Assembly: GCA_010909165.1 (NCBI GenBank)
Contig: VJWM01000126.1
Span: 310,001 to 374,000 of the forward strand
DNA from: Anthoceros angustus
Taxonomy: Eukaryota; Plantae; Anthocerotophyta
Direction of reading: 5' to 3'
DNA: 64,000 nucleotides
The position numbers were made by a program, and so were the translations under genes. Shown piece after piece: positions 1 through 11,546 of this stretch. The notes below the pieces were generated by a model. It was not told the origin of the DNA. It saw nothing but the letters and a program-made list of their open reading frames with translations, and did not search any database. Numbering within the stretch: the first letter of the stretch is position 1; each line of letters opens with the position of its first letter.

Positions 1-14
1 TCCCCAAAGCCAGG

Positions 15-3000
15 ATGATGAGGATGCCAAACTCACCAAATGGATATGTAACACCTTCTTCTGTGAAAACTTTCTCCATAGAGGCCTTTATGGTGTTTGT
101 GAACGATTTGCAAGAAACAGATCTACTGATAGAGTGGTTGGTGCAAGAGGAGAAGGATGACAACGCTATCATAGGGCTGGACTGTGAGCATGACCCTGAT
201 GGTGCACTCAGACTCATACAGTTATCTGTTCACAGTCGATGTCTGCTTATTCGCATACCTTGCTTGACATCTAGGCACCTGTTCCAAGCTCCTATCAGGT
301 ACACAATGGGGACATGTTCTGCCAGGTTCCATGTTGGATTAGGTTGCTGCAAATGACGTACCTACTTCTGGAAGTGGCTTGCAGGCTCTCAAGACTCCTT
401 GCATCTGTAACGTACATCAAAACTGGAGCGGAAGTCCACAAGGATGCCCTGGCTATCTTCCACACCCTGGGACTTGTGGTCAATGGATGCAAGAACGTAT
501 CCCATGTGTATCGTAGTAACAATCTTACGAGTAGCATGTCAAAGATATTCAGGTGAGCAGCTAGCTTGTCGAGTACTTTCTCATTTTTCCCTGAATCCCC
601 GCACGGTCACGTTGGGATGTAGAAAAGGGCAATCTCTGTCAAGTTTCTGCATATTGCTCTGTCCTGGACTTCAATGTTACGAGGAGAGGGACATTGAATA
701 AACCTAACACAGCTTGAGGCAGGGACTTGTATGGCTGGGACTGGAAAAAGGAAAAGTCTGTAAGCTGCAGTCGTTGGGGCAGTGACTACCTATCACTAGA
801 ACAGGTTTGTCCCAAGAACCTGGTGACCTGGTTTGGGCTCAAAGGGGTGGTCTACGTTAGCAAAAGCAACCTGCATGGGGCTGCTGCAACCGGTACTGGA
901 TTAACTAGTGGAAAGTGCCTTGTCCAGATAAAGTACGCAGTCATTGATGCCTGGGCATCTCGCATGATATCACTTGAAGGAAGAGCTTCAGAGGAGGGTG
1001 CCATTCCTTTGGTATCCTTGCAAGATGTTCCCATGGAGGTGCTCGACATTTTTACAAGATCAATATCACACTCTGATGCTCTTAAGAAGGAAGAAACAGT
1101 AATCGAGGTCAGAGGGCAACATATTTTACTGGAAAGCATAACAGCATCAAGAAGTTTTTATCTGCTAGGCTTTCAGCTCCCTTCTGATTTAATCTATCAG
1201 AATTTGCTTGCTCAACACTCCTGCCAACTGTCTGCATGTGAGAATCCTCATACCCATGACTGAGGTGCTTGTGTGTAAACTGTGCATATCAGGGGGAGGG
1301 AAATATCATGGCGATTAGCTGTGGGACACTCCGACTGCAACAAACTAAGTTCCGGTCTAGAGTTCTTGGGATAAAGTCTTCAGTTGAGATTAATTTTAAA
1401 GATGGCCAGGAACCAGAAAAATATGCTGCCACAGCACGGACAGGGAAGACAGTCACCTTGCACCGAATATCAACTTCAGCACCTACTTCTGAAGCTGACA
1501 CAAAAAAATCAGGTACATGTCATTGAAACAAGCATTTTTACCTGCCTCGATGTTACAAGGGTGATAATACTAACAGTGGTTTACACGTTCACCCAGCAGG
1601 ACAGTTCCTGGATGTTGCTTCAATCAGCAGCATTGTTATCGACAACCGAAAACACGCTAACATGCAGAAAAAGAAATTGGACGAAGCTCTTTATGGCGTA
1701 CTTTGTGCACCAGCGAAGTGCCCAGCCCTCTTACTCCGTGCACTACAGTGTAGTAACATCCAGGCAGACAACGTCGTGCCCAATGAATGGCCCTCGAGGT
1801 TGATGGCACTACAGTACATCTCTGGTGCTCTGAACAACTCTCAATGTAAGGCTTGGGAACAGATCTTGACATCTCATGTCTCAGCTACTATTGGCCCACC
1901 AGGGACCGGAAAAACAAGGCTCATTGCAGCAGTCACCAAAGCATGGGATGAATTAGCGGATGAGGGGCAGGTTTTACTTTGCACCGCTTACCAAAATGTG
2001 GCAACCCGCCATATTGCAGAAACACTTGTTCGGCAACAGGTATATTTCTACTCTGTCTCCTTAGTCAGTCCAGTCAATATCCAAGTGGGACTTGCTTCTT
2101 CTTGTTGAAATAGTCGCGAAGGTTTGAAACAGCGCTGAAAGGTTGACCTTCCACTGCTGTGATGTTTGTGCTAATCTGGTGGCTTCACATTTGCTGAAGG
2201 TACCCGGAGTCATGCTGCTGATCAGCCAAGACTACTACATGGAATGGCATGAACATCTTTACAAGGACATCAAAAAATCTGTTATCATGTCAGCAGCCGG
2301 AAGTGATCTGCTTTCCTCTCTGCATGTTTGGGCAGTCACGAACAAGCGGAAAACTCCGCGGATCCTTATTTGCACCCTCAGCATGGTGGGTTCCCAAGCC
2401 TTCAATACAAGTCTCATGAGCGGAAAAGTGACCATGATGCTTGTCGACGAGTGTTCACAAGCTGCAGAAGGCAGCATTTTGGCACCTCTGGCATGTCTGC
2501 CCAACTTGCAACAAGTTGGAGTTTTGGGAGACCCCTACCAACTGCCACCATTTAGTGGGAGGCAAACCCAAGCAAACAGCGTGTATGACTTGATGGCCAT
2601 GGGCTGCATCCCAACCTTACTGGAGGAGCAATATCGAATGCCTCCTGCTATCTGCGAGTTCATATCATGCGAATTCTACAAGAAGAAACTGAAGACAGCA
2701 CCTATTCGCGAGAGACAGAAAGGAATCAGAACCCCACTTTTGTGGGTGAATGTGAAGGGGTATACTACTGTTCTACCTGGGAAAACCTCCTTGACCAACA
2801 AGGCAGAAGCAAATGCCATTATTACATTCTGCAAAAGCTACTCTACGATCTCAGCTGGAGACATGGATACAAAGGAGCCCAGAGAACTTCCGACCAACCC
2901 AGAGAGCCAAGAAGCAGGGAACAGGAGTCTGGTAGTGCTCACTCTCTACGAAGACCAGCGCCAGCTCATCTCCAGCCTCATGCGTGAGTCGAACCTAGAG

Positions 3001-3321
3001 TTCCAGGTCCACAACGTGGACTCGTTCCAAGGCCAAGAGGCGGAAACTGTCCTAATCTCCCTGGTGGTTGCTGACAAGATGTCATACTTTGCAGCAGATC
3101 CAAATCGGGCCTGCGTGATACTGTCACGAGCAAGCAAGCTGATGTGCATATTCGGGGACCTGAACAAAGTGATAGACAACCCAAGAGCAGAAGTCTGGAG
3201 GAGGCTCGCATTACACTGTCAGCATCGTGACTACATTCTTCAAGAGAATAACATACAGGCGGTTGTAGAGGAAAAAGAAACAACGAGCAGCTTGAAAAGC
3301 AAGACTTGCTCTCTCACGTGA
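15..3321 (+). CDS. Multi-exon DEDDy (WRN/MUT-7-like) 3'-5' exonuclease fused to a Upf1/DNA2/NAM7-like SF1 helicase
   Basis: Exonuclease motifs are ExoI IIGLDCE (ORF 15..356), ExoII KTGAEVHKDA (314..556) and ExoIII W..LSLEQ/IKYAVIDAW (727..1263, split by an intron at ~806-927). Helicase motifs are Walker A IGPPGTGKT, Ia TAYQNVAT, Walker B VDECSQ, III GDPYQLPP, QYRM, V VDSFQGQE and VI NRACVILSRA. All are on one strand with GT-AG gaps. The 5' end may lie outside the window. Confidence 0.85.
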
Positions 3322-4084
3322 GCCATACAGAACCCTATGGGCCACAGGCCGAGAGCCCATGAGTACCCTAATAAAGGAAGCAAATCTGTTTAGACAGAAC
3401 GCCTAGACTCCTGAATTTTGCTTACCTGCTACTTGCAATCTCTCCTGGTGGAAAACTCCGAGAAGCACAAGGAAGCAACCATAGCTGCCATGTACTGAAC
3501 ACCCTTTGTACAGCATTACATGCTTGGGCCCCGCACCTGACCACTTCACACCCTGCCAAACTCTAAAACATGCAGCGAGACCCTGAGCAAGCTGCTTGGA
3601 GCTGATGGAGGTGATGTTGTGCTGTGAAACACAGAGCAGCAGATCTGCCTGCTGAAGGAAACTGGAAATCATACCGGACTTTTTCACCAATCTGCACGTG
3701 GGGGATCTACTGTATGTACCATATTCTTGAACCAGGCCCTCCATGAGTTCCTGACCCGCAGCAGAATTTCAGCCTGCCGGCACACCATTTCCGCATTTCG
3801 CCTGCCAGCCTTCCGGGACGATCACCGACCTGCAAACGTATGGCCATTCTGACTTGTGTTGTGAACTTCCAACTTTCCTTCTGGGCTTGAAACTCACCGT
3901 AGCGATGTGTTGGGTGAATGCTTCAAAGGTATCGTGGTGTCTGTGAAGGTGCTGACCGCGTGTTGCCTTATCTCTTGCCCCGTTTCAGGGTGATGGGTAC
4001 AGGTGTTGCAGGCTGCGTTGGTAACAGTAACAGCAGCAGGAGAGTGAGGGGATAGTGTTGCCGGATGTGACTTTTGTTCCACTG

Positions 4085-7000
4085 ATGCTGCCGGACGCTG
4101 CCAGGGGGAGCTTCAAACACACGCGGATTGACGGAAGGCTACGGTCGGCACAGGCTGTTGCGAACTGGCCTGGGCCTAGCCGAATAGGGGAGCAGGGCAA
4201 GCGAGTGTCTAGTCCCGGTAACTGTTTGGCTGCTGCGCAATGCCATGTTCTGGTTGGTGAGTCTGCAGTTGAGGGATTTCTCATTTGTAGCTGTCGTGCA
4301 GAGGAGCCAGGGGCACAGCCGGCATTGTGGGAGAAGTTTCTGGACGGATTTGCGCGGTGGTGGGAGAGTAGGTCGAATAAGGTAGCTGTGTTAGCAATTG
4401 TTGTGTTTGTATCCAGATGAGCTGTAGTACTGGTGTACTGGAGGAGTCGTAGCTAAGCTGTTGATGTGGCTACAATGCAGATTTGCAAGTGGACGGGGGA
4501 CCAACTACGGGAGCCTTCGAGGGTTGACTCACAACATGCATGGCAGGATGGGAGGCTACCAACATCACAATCTGTTAGTGCATTCAGACCTTCCTACCAG
4601 CCTGAAGTAATCCCGGACGCAGATCGTAGCAACTTGTTGAGGTGCAGACTCCAGCTGTTTTGATTGAATTTGTTGCTCGGGTCCTCCAAAGCTGTGGTGC
4701 CCACAATTGTTTTCCTGATCATGATAGACTTTGCAGGGCGGTCGCGGACGAGACTCCTCCAGGCGTAGGAGCCTGGTTCGATGTGTATGGGGAGGGAGAG
4801 CTCACTGAGGCTGTTGATGCTTTGGACTCCGTGGTGCAGCAAGGGTCCTATGTTCCCACTGCTCTCTTTTATGGTGTACTCAAGAGGGGTGTGGCAGAGA
4901 AGGATCTGGTTGTGGGCAAGCTTGTCCACTCTCTTACCCTTGCCACGGGGTACGAGTCAAGCACATTTTTAGCTAACCATATCATCCGCATGTATGCCTC
5001 TCATGGAAGATTGCTGGAAGCAACCAAGCTATTCAGCAACTTGGATAGTCCGGATATCTTTGCGTGGTGCTTCATCATCTTGGCACACGTTGAACAAGGT
5101 CAGCCTACTAGGGCTATAGAGCTGTATAAGCGTATGCGGAAATTATCTGTGAAACCAGACAGTCATACGTATGTGGCAGTTCTTAAAGCCTGTGCCAGTG
5201 CTTTGGATCTGGCATCTGGCAAGCAGGTCCATTCTGATATTCTGAGTGGTGAATTGCAGCCAAGTGTCTTCGTTGGCAACTGCCTGGTGGACATGTATGT
5301 GAAATGTGGCAGCCTAGAAGATGCCCGAAGAGTGTTTGACAATCTGCTATCCAAGAATGTGGTTACATGGACTGCTATCATTGCAGGATATGCCCAGCAA
5401 GGGCTTGGTGAAGAAGCCCTTTCCTTGTATGCAAGTATGCAGCAGGAAGGCATCAATACAGCAGACCGTGTTACTTATGTGTGTCTCTTGACAGCATGTG
5501 CCAGCATTGGAGCTTTACATCAAGGGAAGTGGTTTCATGAAATGATCAAGGAGAAAGGACTTGAAGCTGATGTGGTGATTGGCAGCAGCCTGGTAGACAT
5601 GTATGCCAAGTGTGGAAGCTTAGAAGATGCCTGCAGCGTCTTTGAGAAACTGCCAACCAAAAATCTGGTGACATGGACAGCTATCATATCGGGGTATGTG
5701 CAGCATGGTCATGGTCTAGAAGCCCTTGATCTGTATGCAAGTATGCAACGGGAGGGCATGCTTTTAGCGGACCGTGTTACATTTGCAGGCTTAGTGAAGG
5801 CATGTGCAAGCATTGGTGCTTTAAATACAGGCAAGGAGCTTCATCTCCAGATTCAGAAGGGCAGGCTAGATGGTGACGTTCTTGTTGGCAATAGCCTGGT
5901 GGATATGTATGCAAAATGTGGGAGCTTAGAAGATGCAGGGAGGGTGTTCAACAATCTGCAGTCGAAGGATGTGGCAACATGGACTGCAATGATTGCAGGG
6001 TATGCTCAGCATGGGCTTTGCCACGAAGCCCTTTCTCTGTATGCTAGGATGCAAAAGGATGGTATTGGTCCAGCCAATCATGTAACATATGTGTGCCTTC
6101 TCAATGCATGTGCAAGGGTTGGAGCCCTTCCTCAGGGGAAGCAGTTGCATTCTCAGATTCAGGATAGAGGTCTTGAAGCTGATGTGGTGGTTGGCAGCAG
6201 CCTCGTGGACATGTATGCCAAATGTGGGAGCTTACTGGATGCCCGCAGGGTCTTTGACAGACTGCCAACCCGAAATGTTGTGACGTGGAATTCCATGCTT
6301 GCAGGATATGCCCAGCAGGGGCTTGGCGAAGAAGCGCTCGCTCTTTACTCTAGAATGCAGGAGGAGGGCATTACTCCAGCTGGCCATGGAACCTATGTGT
6401 GCGTCTTGAAAGCATGTGCCAGCATTGGAGCACTGCATCAGGGAAAGCAACTGCATTCTGAGATTCAAGAGAAAGGGCTGGAAGTTGATGTGGTCATTGG
6501 CAACTGCCTGGTGGACATGTATACAAAATGTGGGAGTTTACCTGATGCTCGCAAGGTATTTGATGGGCTGCCGAAGAAAGATGTGGTGAGCTGGACCACC
6601 TTGCTAAATGGGTATACACAACATAATGACAGCCAGATGGCAATGCAGTGTTTCCAGGAGATGCAGCAGCATGGGGTGGAGCCAAATGACGCTACTTTTT
6701 TGTGTCTCCTGACAGCATTCAGTCATCAGGCAATGGTTTCTGAAGGCCGGCAGTACTTCAAGATGATGATGGAGCAATATGCAATTGCGCCAACAGTTTT
6801 CCACTATGCAGCCATGGTTGACTTGCTTGGAAGGTCAGGCTTCCTTGAGGAGGCAGAAGATATGCTAAAGAGGATGCCATTCAAAGACGACATTGTGGGG
6901 TGGATGACATTGCTATGTGCCTGTAGGACCCAAGGTGACACACAGCGGGGCGAGCGGTGTTTCAACCGACTTACTGAAATGGAACCTCAAAATGCTGCAC

Positions 7001-7497
7001 CATATGCGCTCATGTCAAACATCTATGAAAATGCGAGTAGGTGGAATGATGTAGGTAGAATACAAAGCCTGAGGATATCTGCAGGTGCTTGCAAGAAGCC
7101 TGCAAGGGCTTGGATTGAGGTAGGCAGCAAAGTCCATACATTCACTGTTGGGGAAGAGAGGGATGACATATCCTCTAGGTTAAAGAGTGCCAACCTTGGC
7201 TTCGAGGAGGACAGAGAGCAAGAGCTACCTGACGAGTTGCTGCTGAAGCCATTGTCACAGAGAGATAAAGGTGATGCTCTGTGTGGACATGCTGAGAAGC
7301 TCGCATTAGCGTATGGTCTGCTCAACACTTCCCATGGCACACCTTTGCTAGTTACCAAAAATCTTAGGATGTGCCAGGACTGCCACAATGGCACCAAAGT
7401 ATTGTCGAGGATTGAAAATCGGGAGATCATCGTGAGGGATGCACATTGTGTCCACCACTTTGTGGACGGGTTCTGTTCATGCGGAGATGTACATTGA
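4085..7497 (+). CDS. PLS-class PPR protein with E1/E2 and DYW:KP deaminase domain (ends CSCGDVH); candidate organellar U-to-C editing factor
   Basis: ORF 4642..7497 has PLS triplets with an exact 306-nt period (MY.KCG ATGs at 5293, 5599, 5905, 6211, 6517), KKPARAWIEV in place of the PG box, HAEKLA and CQDCH. Inferred 5' exons are ~4085-4381 and 4481-4641, with the main exon from 4738. The start codon is tentative. Confidence 0.92.
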
Positions 7498-8824
7498 CAA
7501 AGTGAGTGCATGACTAGGAGGTGCCAACTGCACACGACGACTTTACAAAGACAACATCTGTCGGGCAGGCCTCTGGTGATGCTCTGTGCGGTTTAAATTT
7601 CGTGGCCTCTATAGCTTGTGGCTTAGAGCAGGTGCACCTCCTGCACTATGAACATGGTTCGTCCAGTTCAGCTTCTCACTTTTAGGTCTTGTGTGTTCAA
7701 ATCTTTCATTGTGTCCTAAAGGTCACTGCCACTCCTAATGGGCAGGATTGTTTCATACAGGTTGCATAGCTGAAGCAGAACTACCACAGGGACAAACGAG
7801 TGAGAATGATGAGGCTGGCACGCTCGATTGTTTGATTTCTCAGCACCCTCGCCTAGCAGGAAGCAGGAAATCACGCCTATCCTTCGTTTGAGATGGGGAT
7901 TTTAGAGCTTGGATGTCGTTGTCACGAGCAGGTGTCACCTGAATGGGCGGCAGGAGTTATCACATTGATTGCATGGTGCAACTCGGCTTCTTGTCGATAA
8001 GTAAGTTTCGTCTTTTCTATCTGGTTTGTTGAAACAGGCAAGCACGTAGAACAGGCGTATCTAACCTGAAACCTGCGGGATCCGGGTCTCCGTGTGACAG
8101 GTCTGGCTACGTTGTCCTCGGAACTGTGCACAAGGCGTTCAAACCTTTTTCTGAGGGGAACAAGCTTTGAAAGCCCGGTGGTTGCAAGAGTGCCAACCTG
8201 TGCTGGAGGCAAAGCAGAGAAAGGCGGAGTTCGAGTTCACCTCAACCTTAGAACAGACCCAAGGCTTGTCCAAAGTTACCCCTGAGGAAACATGAAGCCA
8301 CCATTATTTGGGCAGAATAGAAACAGTGATCTGTAACTGGGACTTGGGAGGAAAGGAGTGGTGGCAGGTAGACACGTGTATTGTTACGGCCATTGGCTGT
8401 GGGTCAAAAGCATCTGAACTGCTGATTGCCGTCCAAGCTGGTTATGCTGATGATGAAAGGACTCTGACAGTGTGAGGTCATCTACATTCTTCTCCAGAGA
8501 TTTGAAAGGCCGTTGAAGATGGAGGTGGGAGGTGGATGAATCGTAGTGAAACACCTGACCGATAGTCCCTGTTCCCTGGTCCTCATTATTGGCATGAAAC
8601 TGTTCCTGTTATGCTGATTGTTGGGAAAGACAGACTGTCATCAGGCTAATCCAAATTTGGACTTGCCTTGAAGTTTCGATCTCACGCGTAAAGGGTGACG
8701 TCGCCTGCTCCCAGCACAGGCTGGCAGAATTACAAGTGCTGGAGCCTGAAAAGTGATGGATGCCCTGTAGTCCGATTCCGCGGGGGTTGGAGCCTGCCGG
8801 GCCTGAGAGGGTGCTCCTCCCGTC

Positions 8825-10045
8825 ATGGCGCGTTCGTCTGCACCCTCTACCAGGACGTCGGCCTTGAATCCCACAACCAAGTCACTTGTCATCATGTTCT
8901 ACAACATTTGGTTTTGGGACGACTTGGAAGTGGAGCCAAGAATGGCAGCCATCGGGAGGCTGATAGATGAGCATCAGCCTCATGTCATCTGTCTCCAGGT
9001 GCGCTGTGGGAACATTACCCCACTGTTCCCTGTTGTTGCAACTCGTGGCCATGCCTGAGACTGTGCTTTGGATATTTCCCCTGGCAGGAAGTGACATTCG
9101 GCATCTACAGCATTTTCAGAAAATCCAGCTGGTGGGGGCGGTACAAGTGCTCTGTGTCGGAGTCGCTGGCATCAGAGCGGCCATATTTTGCCATACAGGT
9201 GGGAAGCTTGTAAATTCCGTGTGCATTTGAGTGATTCGTCGCAGGAATTTGCAGAATGACAGTGTGGGATCTCATTCCTTCTGCCTCTCCTTGACAGCTT
9301 AGTCGGCTACCAGTGAAGGCTTTCCGTCGGAATCCCTACAGCAACTCTGTCATGGGACGGGACCTCTGTATAGCGGAACTTGATGCAGGTAGTGGAAAGA
9401 AGCTGGTGGTCGCAACAAGCCATTTGGAGAGTCCCTCACCAGCCAAGGACCAAACTTACTCGGATAAGCGAATTCTTCAAGCTCGGATCGCCTTCAAACA
9501 TCTTGAGGACATCCCGAACGTGGTGTTCGGAGGGAACATGAATTGGAATGACGGCGTCGATGGAGCGCCCCCACTTCCCGAAGGCTGGGCTGATGCCTGG
9601 CTTCAACTAAGACCCCAAGAGGTGGGTGCGGGGGAGGGGAGTTTTGTGAATCTCTGAATTCTGCTTTTATTGATCCCGTGTCTGACGATTCCGCCACCTC
9701 CAATTTCGGATGGCTTCTTGTTCTCAGGATGGCTCGACGTTCAGAAGCCAATCTAATTCCAAGAACGGCGACAACTTCGACCATGGCCAGAGACTGGACA
9801 GAGTCTTTTGCCACCTTACAGATTTCAAGTTGCAGGACATCCAAATTATTGGAAGGAAACCCATTCCCGGCCTCAGCTATGAGAAAGAGGAAGCAGTGGT
9901 GGAGGGAGAAGTGCAGAGATCGACAGAACCCGTTTTTCCAAGTGACCATTTCGGCTTGGTGCTCAACGTAACATACGAAGTCCTAGCGGAAAAACAACGC
10001 TCTTCAGAACGCGCTTCGTTTCTCTGCTGCTGTCAGGCTCACTGA
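8825..10045 (+). CDS. Endonuclease/exonuclease/phosphatase family protein, TDP2-like (4-5 exons)
   Basis: Motifs FYNIWF, VICLQ|EVT (intron 9000-~9087), VATSHLES, GGNMN (normally GDxN), RLDRVF and PSDHFGL. Confidence 0.85.
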
Positions 10046-11546
10046 CGTGTATGCCTTTTCCAGATTGGGAACAAAGATTCCCGTCAAAAATCGGTAGATG
10101 CATTTTAGCCCAACAGAACGAAGTCGGTAGATGCAATGCAACAACCTTACATCCCACTTTACAGATAGAATTTCAACGTGAACCTCACTCCGTACAGAAA
10201 ACCATGTGAACCTCCCGTCATAAAGTGTATAAGGAATTCTCCTCGTGATCTGTTCATCCTGTTCAGTTTCTACCTACTGGCGATCTCCATGCTACTTGTA
10301 GAATGAAGCTGCTGACAAAAGTTTGCCCTGTTGTAACTCTTCTGCAAGGCATCAGAGGCGCTCCAGCCAAGGAATTGCAACTCTCTTCATCACTGAAACG
10401 ACGCGTTATTGACCTTCCAGCGTTGGAGTGAGTGATGAGAATTGATCAACTTGGAGTCACTGACAGAAAGCTGTCCCTTGCAACCATGGTCCCAAGAAAG
10501 GCTCTCAGGCGCAGAAGCAGGTGAGCCTTTTGGGCCACAACAGGCTTTGTTGCAGACTAGAGGAATTGCCATTCGGCGCCGTACTACACAGGCGATGCTG
10601 TGGCAATACAGTATTGTTGATCTATTCTGGTTCATCTTTTTCTGCAATTTCAAGAACATGGATACGTGATCACCATCACCACAGCATGCACCGCATGCGC
10701 AAGGAACGAATCTCCCCCGCACACGGCCATGGTTACCTTGCTTCCCAGATATCTTGCCCTTGCAAGCACTGTGATTCGTACTTCATTCTGCACAAGATCA
10801 TGGCCGACCTGGAAAGCAATGCTGGAAGGATTTGCTCCCGCTTGCTTCCCTCGTCTAGATCTCCCCTCACCTTGGCCTTGAGCACACATCGGAGTCGGCA
10901 TCGATGGATCGACATGCTTTCCGCACACTGACCAGTGGTTAGATTACGTAAACTGGTTTCTACATGGCTAAAATGACACATGATTCAATCGGTTCCTCCA
11001 TCCGCGAAGGCCACCGATTCGAGCCAGCATATGCAACTCGCGACTTGGGGGCTGCGAATGGATTGCTCCAAAACCTCTGTTCTCGGCACACCTCCAAACC
11101 CACCATGTTTGCTTCCACGTCTGAAAATATAGTCAAGTACCCAACGAAGGCAAAGCTTCAGGAAGCTCCAGTAGTGTATCTCACAACACCGCCGGAGTCC
11201 TGGCCAGCTGCGGTTGGTACTCGCACGCCGGCCGGATGATGCTTGACTTGTGAGGACTTCCTAGCAACCTAGGAACTTTCCTGTTTCTCCTCCTTGCCGT
11301 TCTGCAGCTGCGCGCCCACACGGCTGCTCCAGTTTCCTCTGTCACTGCTCCCCGCCGTTCCTTGAGTTCTCGAGTTTGTTGGATTGCAGCTCCGGGTCGA
11401 GGACGGAAACGGGCAGGCAGTGCTGGGCCTAGGACTAGGCGTCGGCATGGTTTGGAGGTGGAGATAGGCGGCATCTCCCATCCACCGGCTGCCCTAATGG
11501 TCGATCAGGACGTCTGAGAAGTGGTGAGACGCACTGGGGCATGGTC

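Noticed and set aside
3403-3780. Minus-strand ORF 3403..3744 between helicase and PPR
   Set aside because: No recognisable motif and no convincing splice chain.
10390-10981. Overlapping ORFs on both strands upstream of UBP
   Set aside because: No domain signature in any frame. Cannot be told apart from chance ORFs in ~50% GC DNA.
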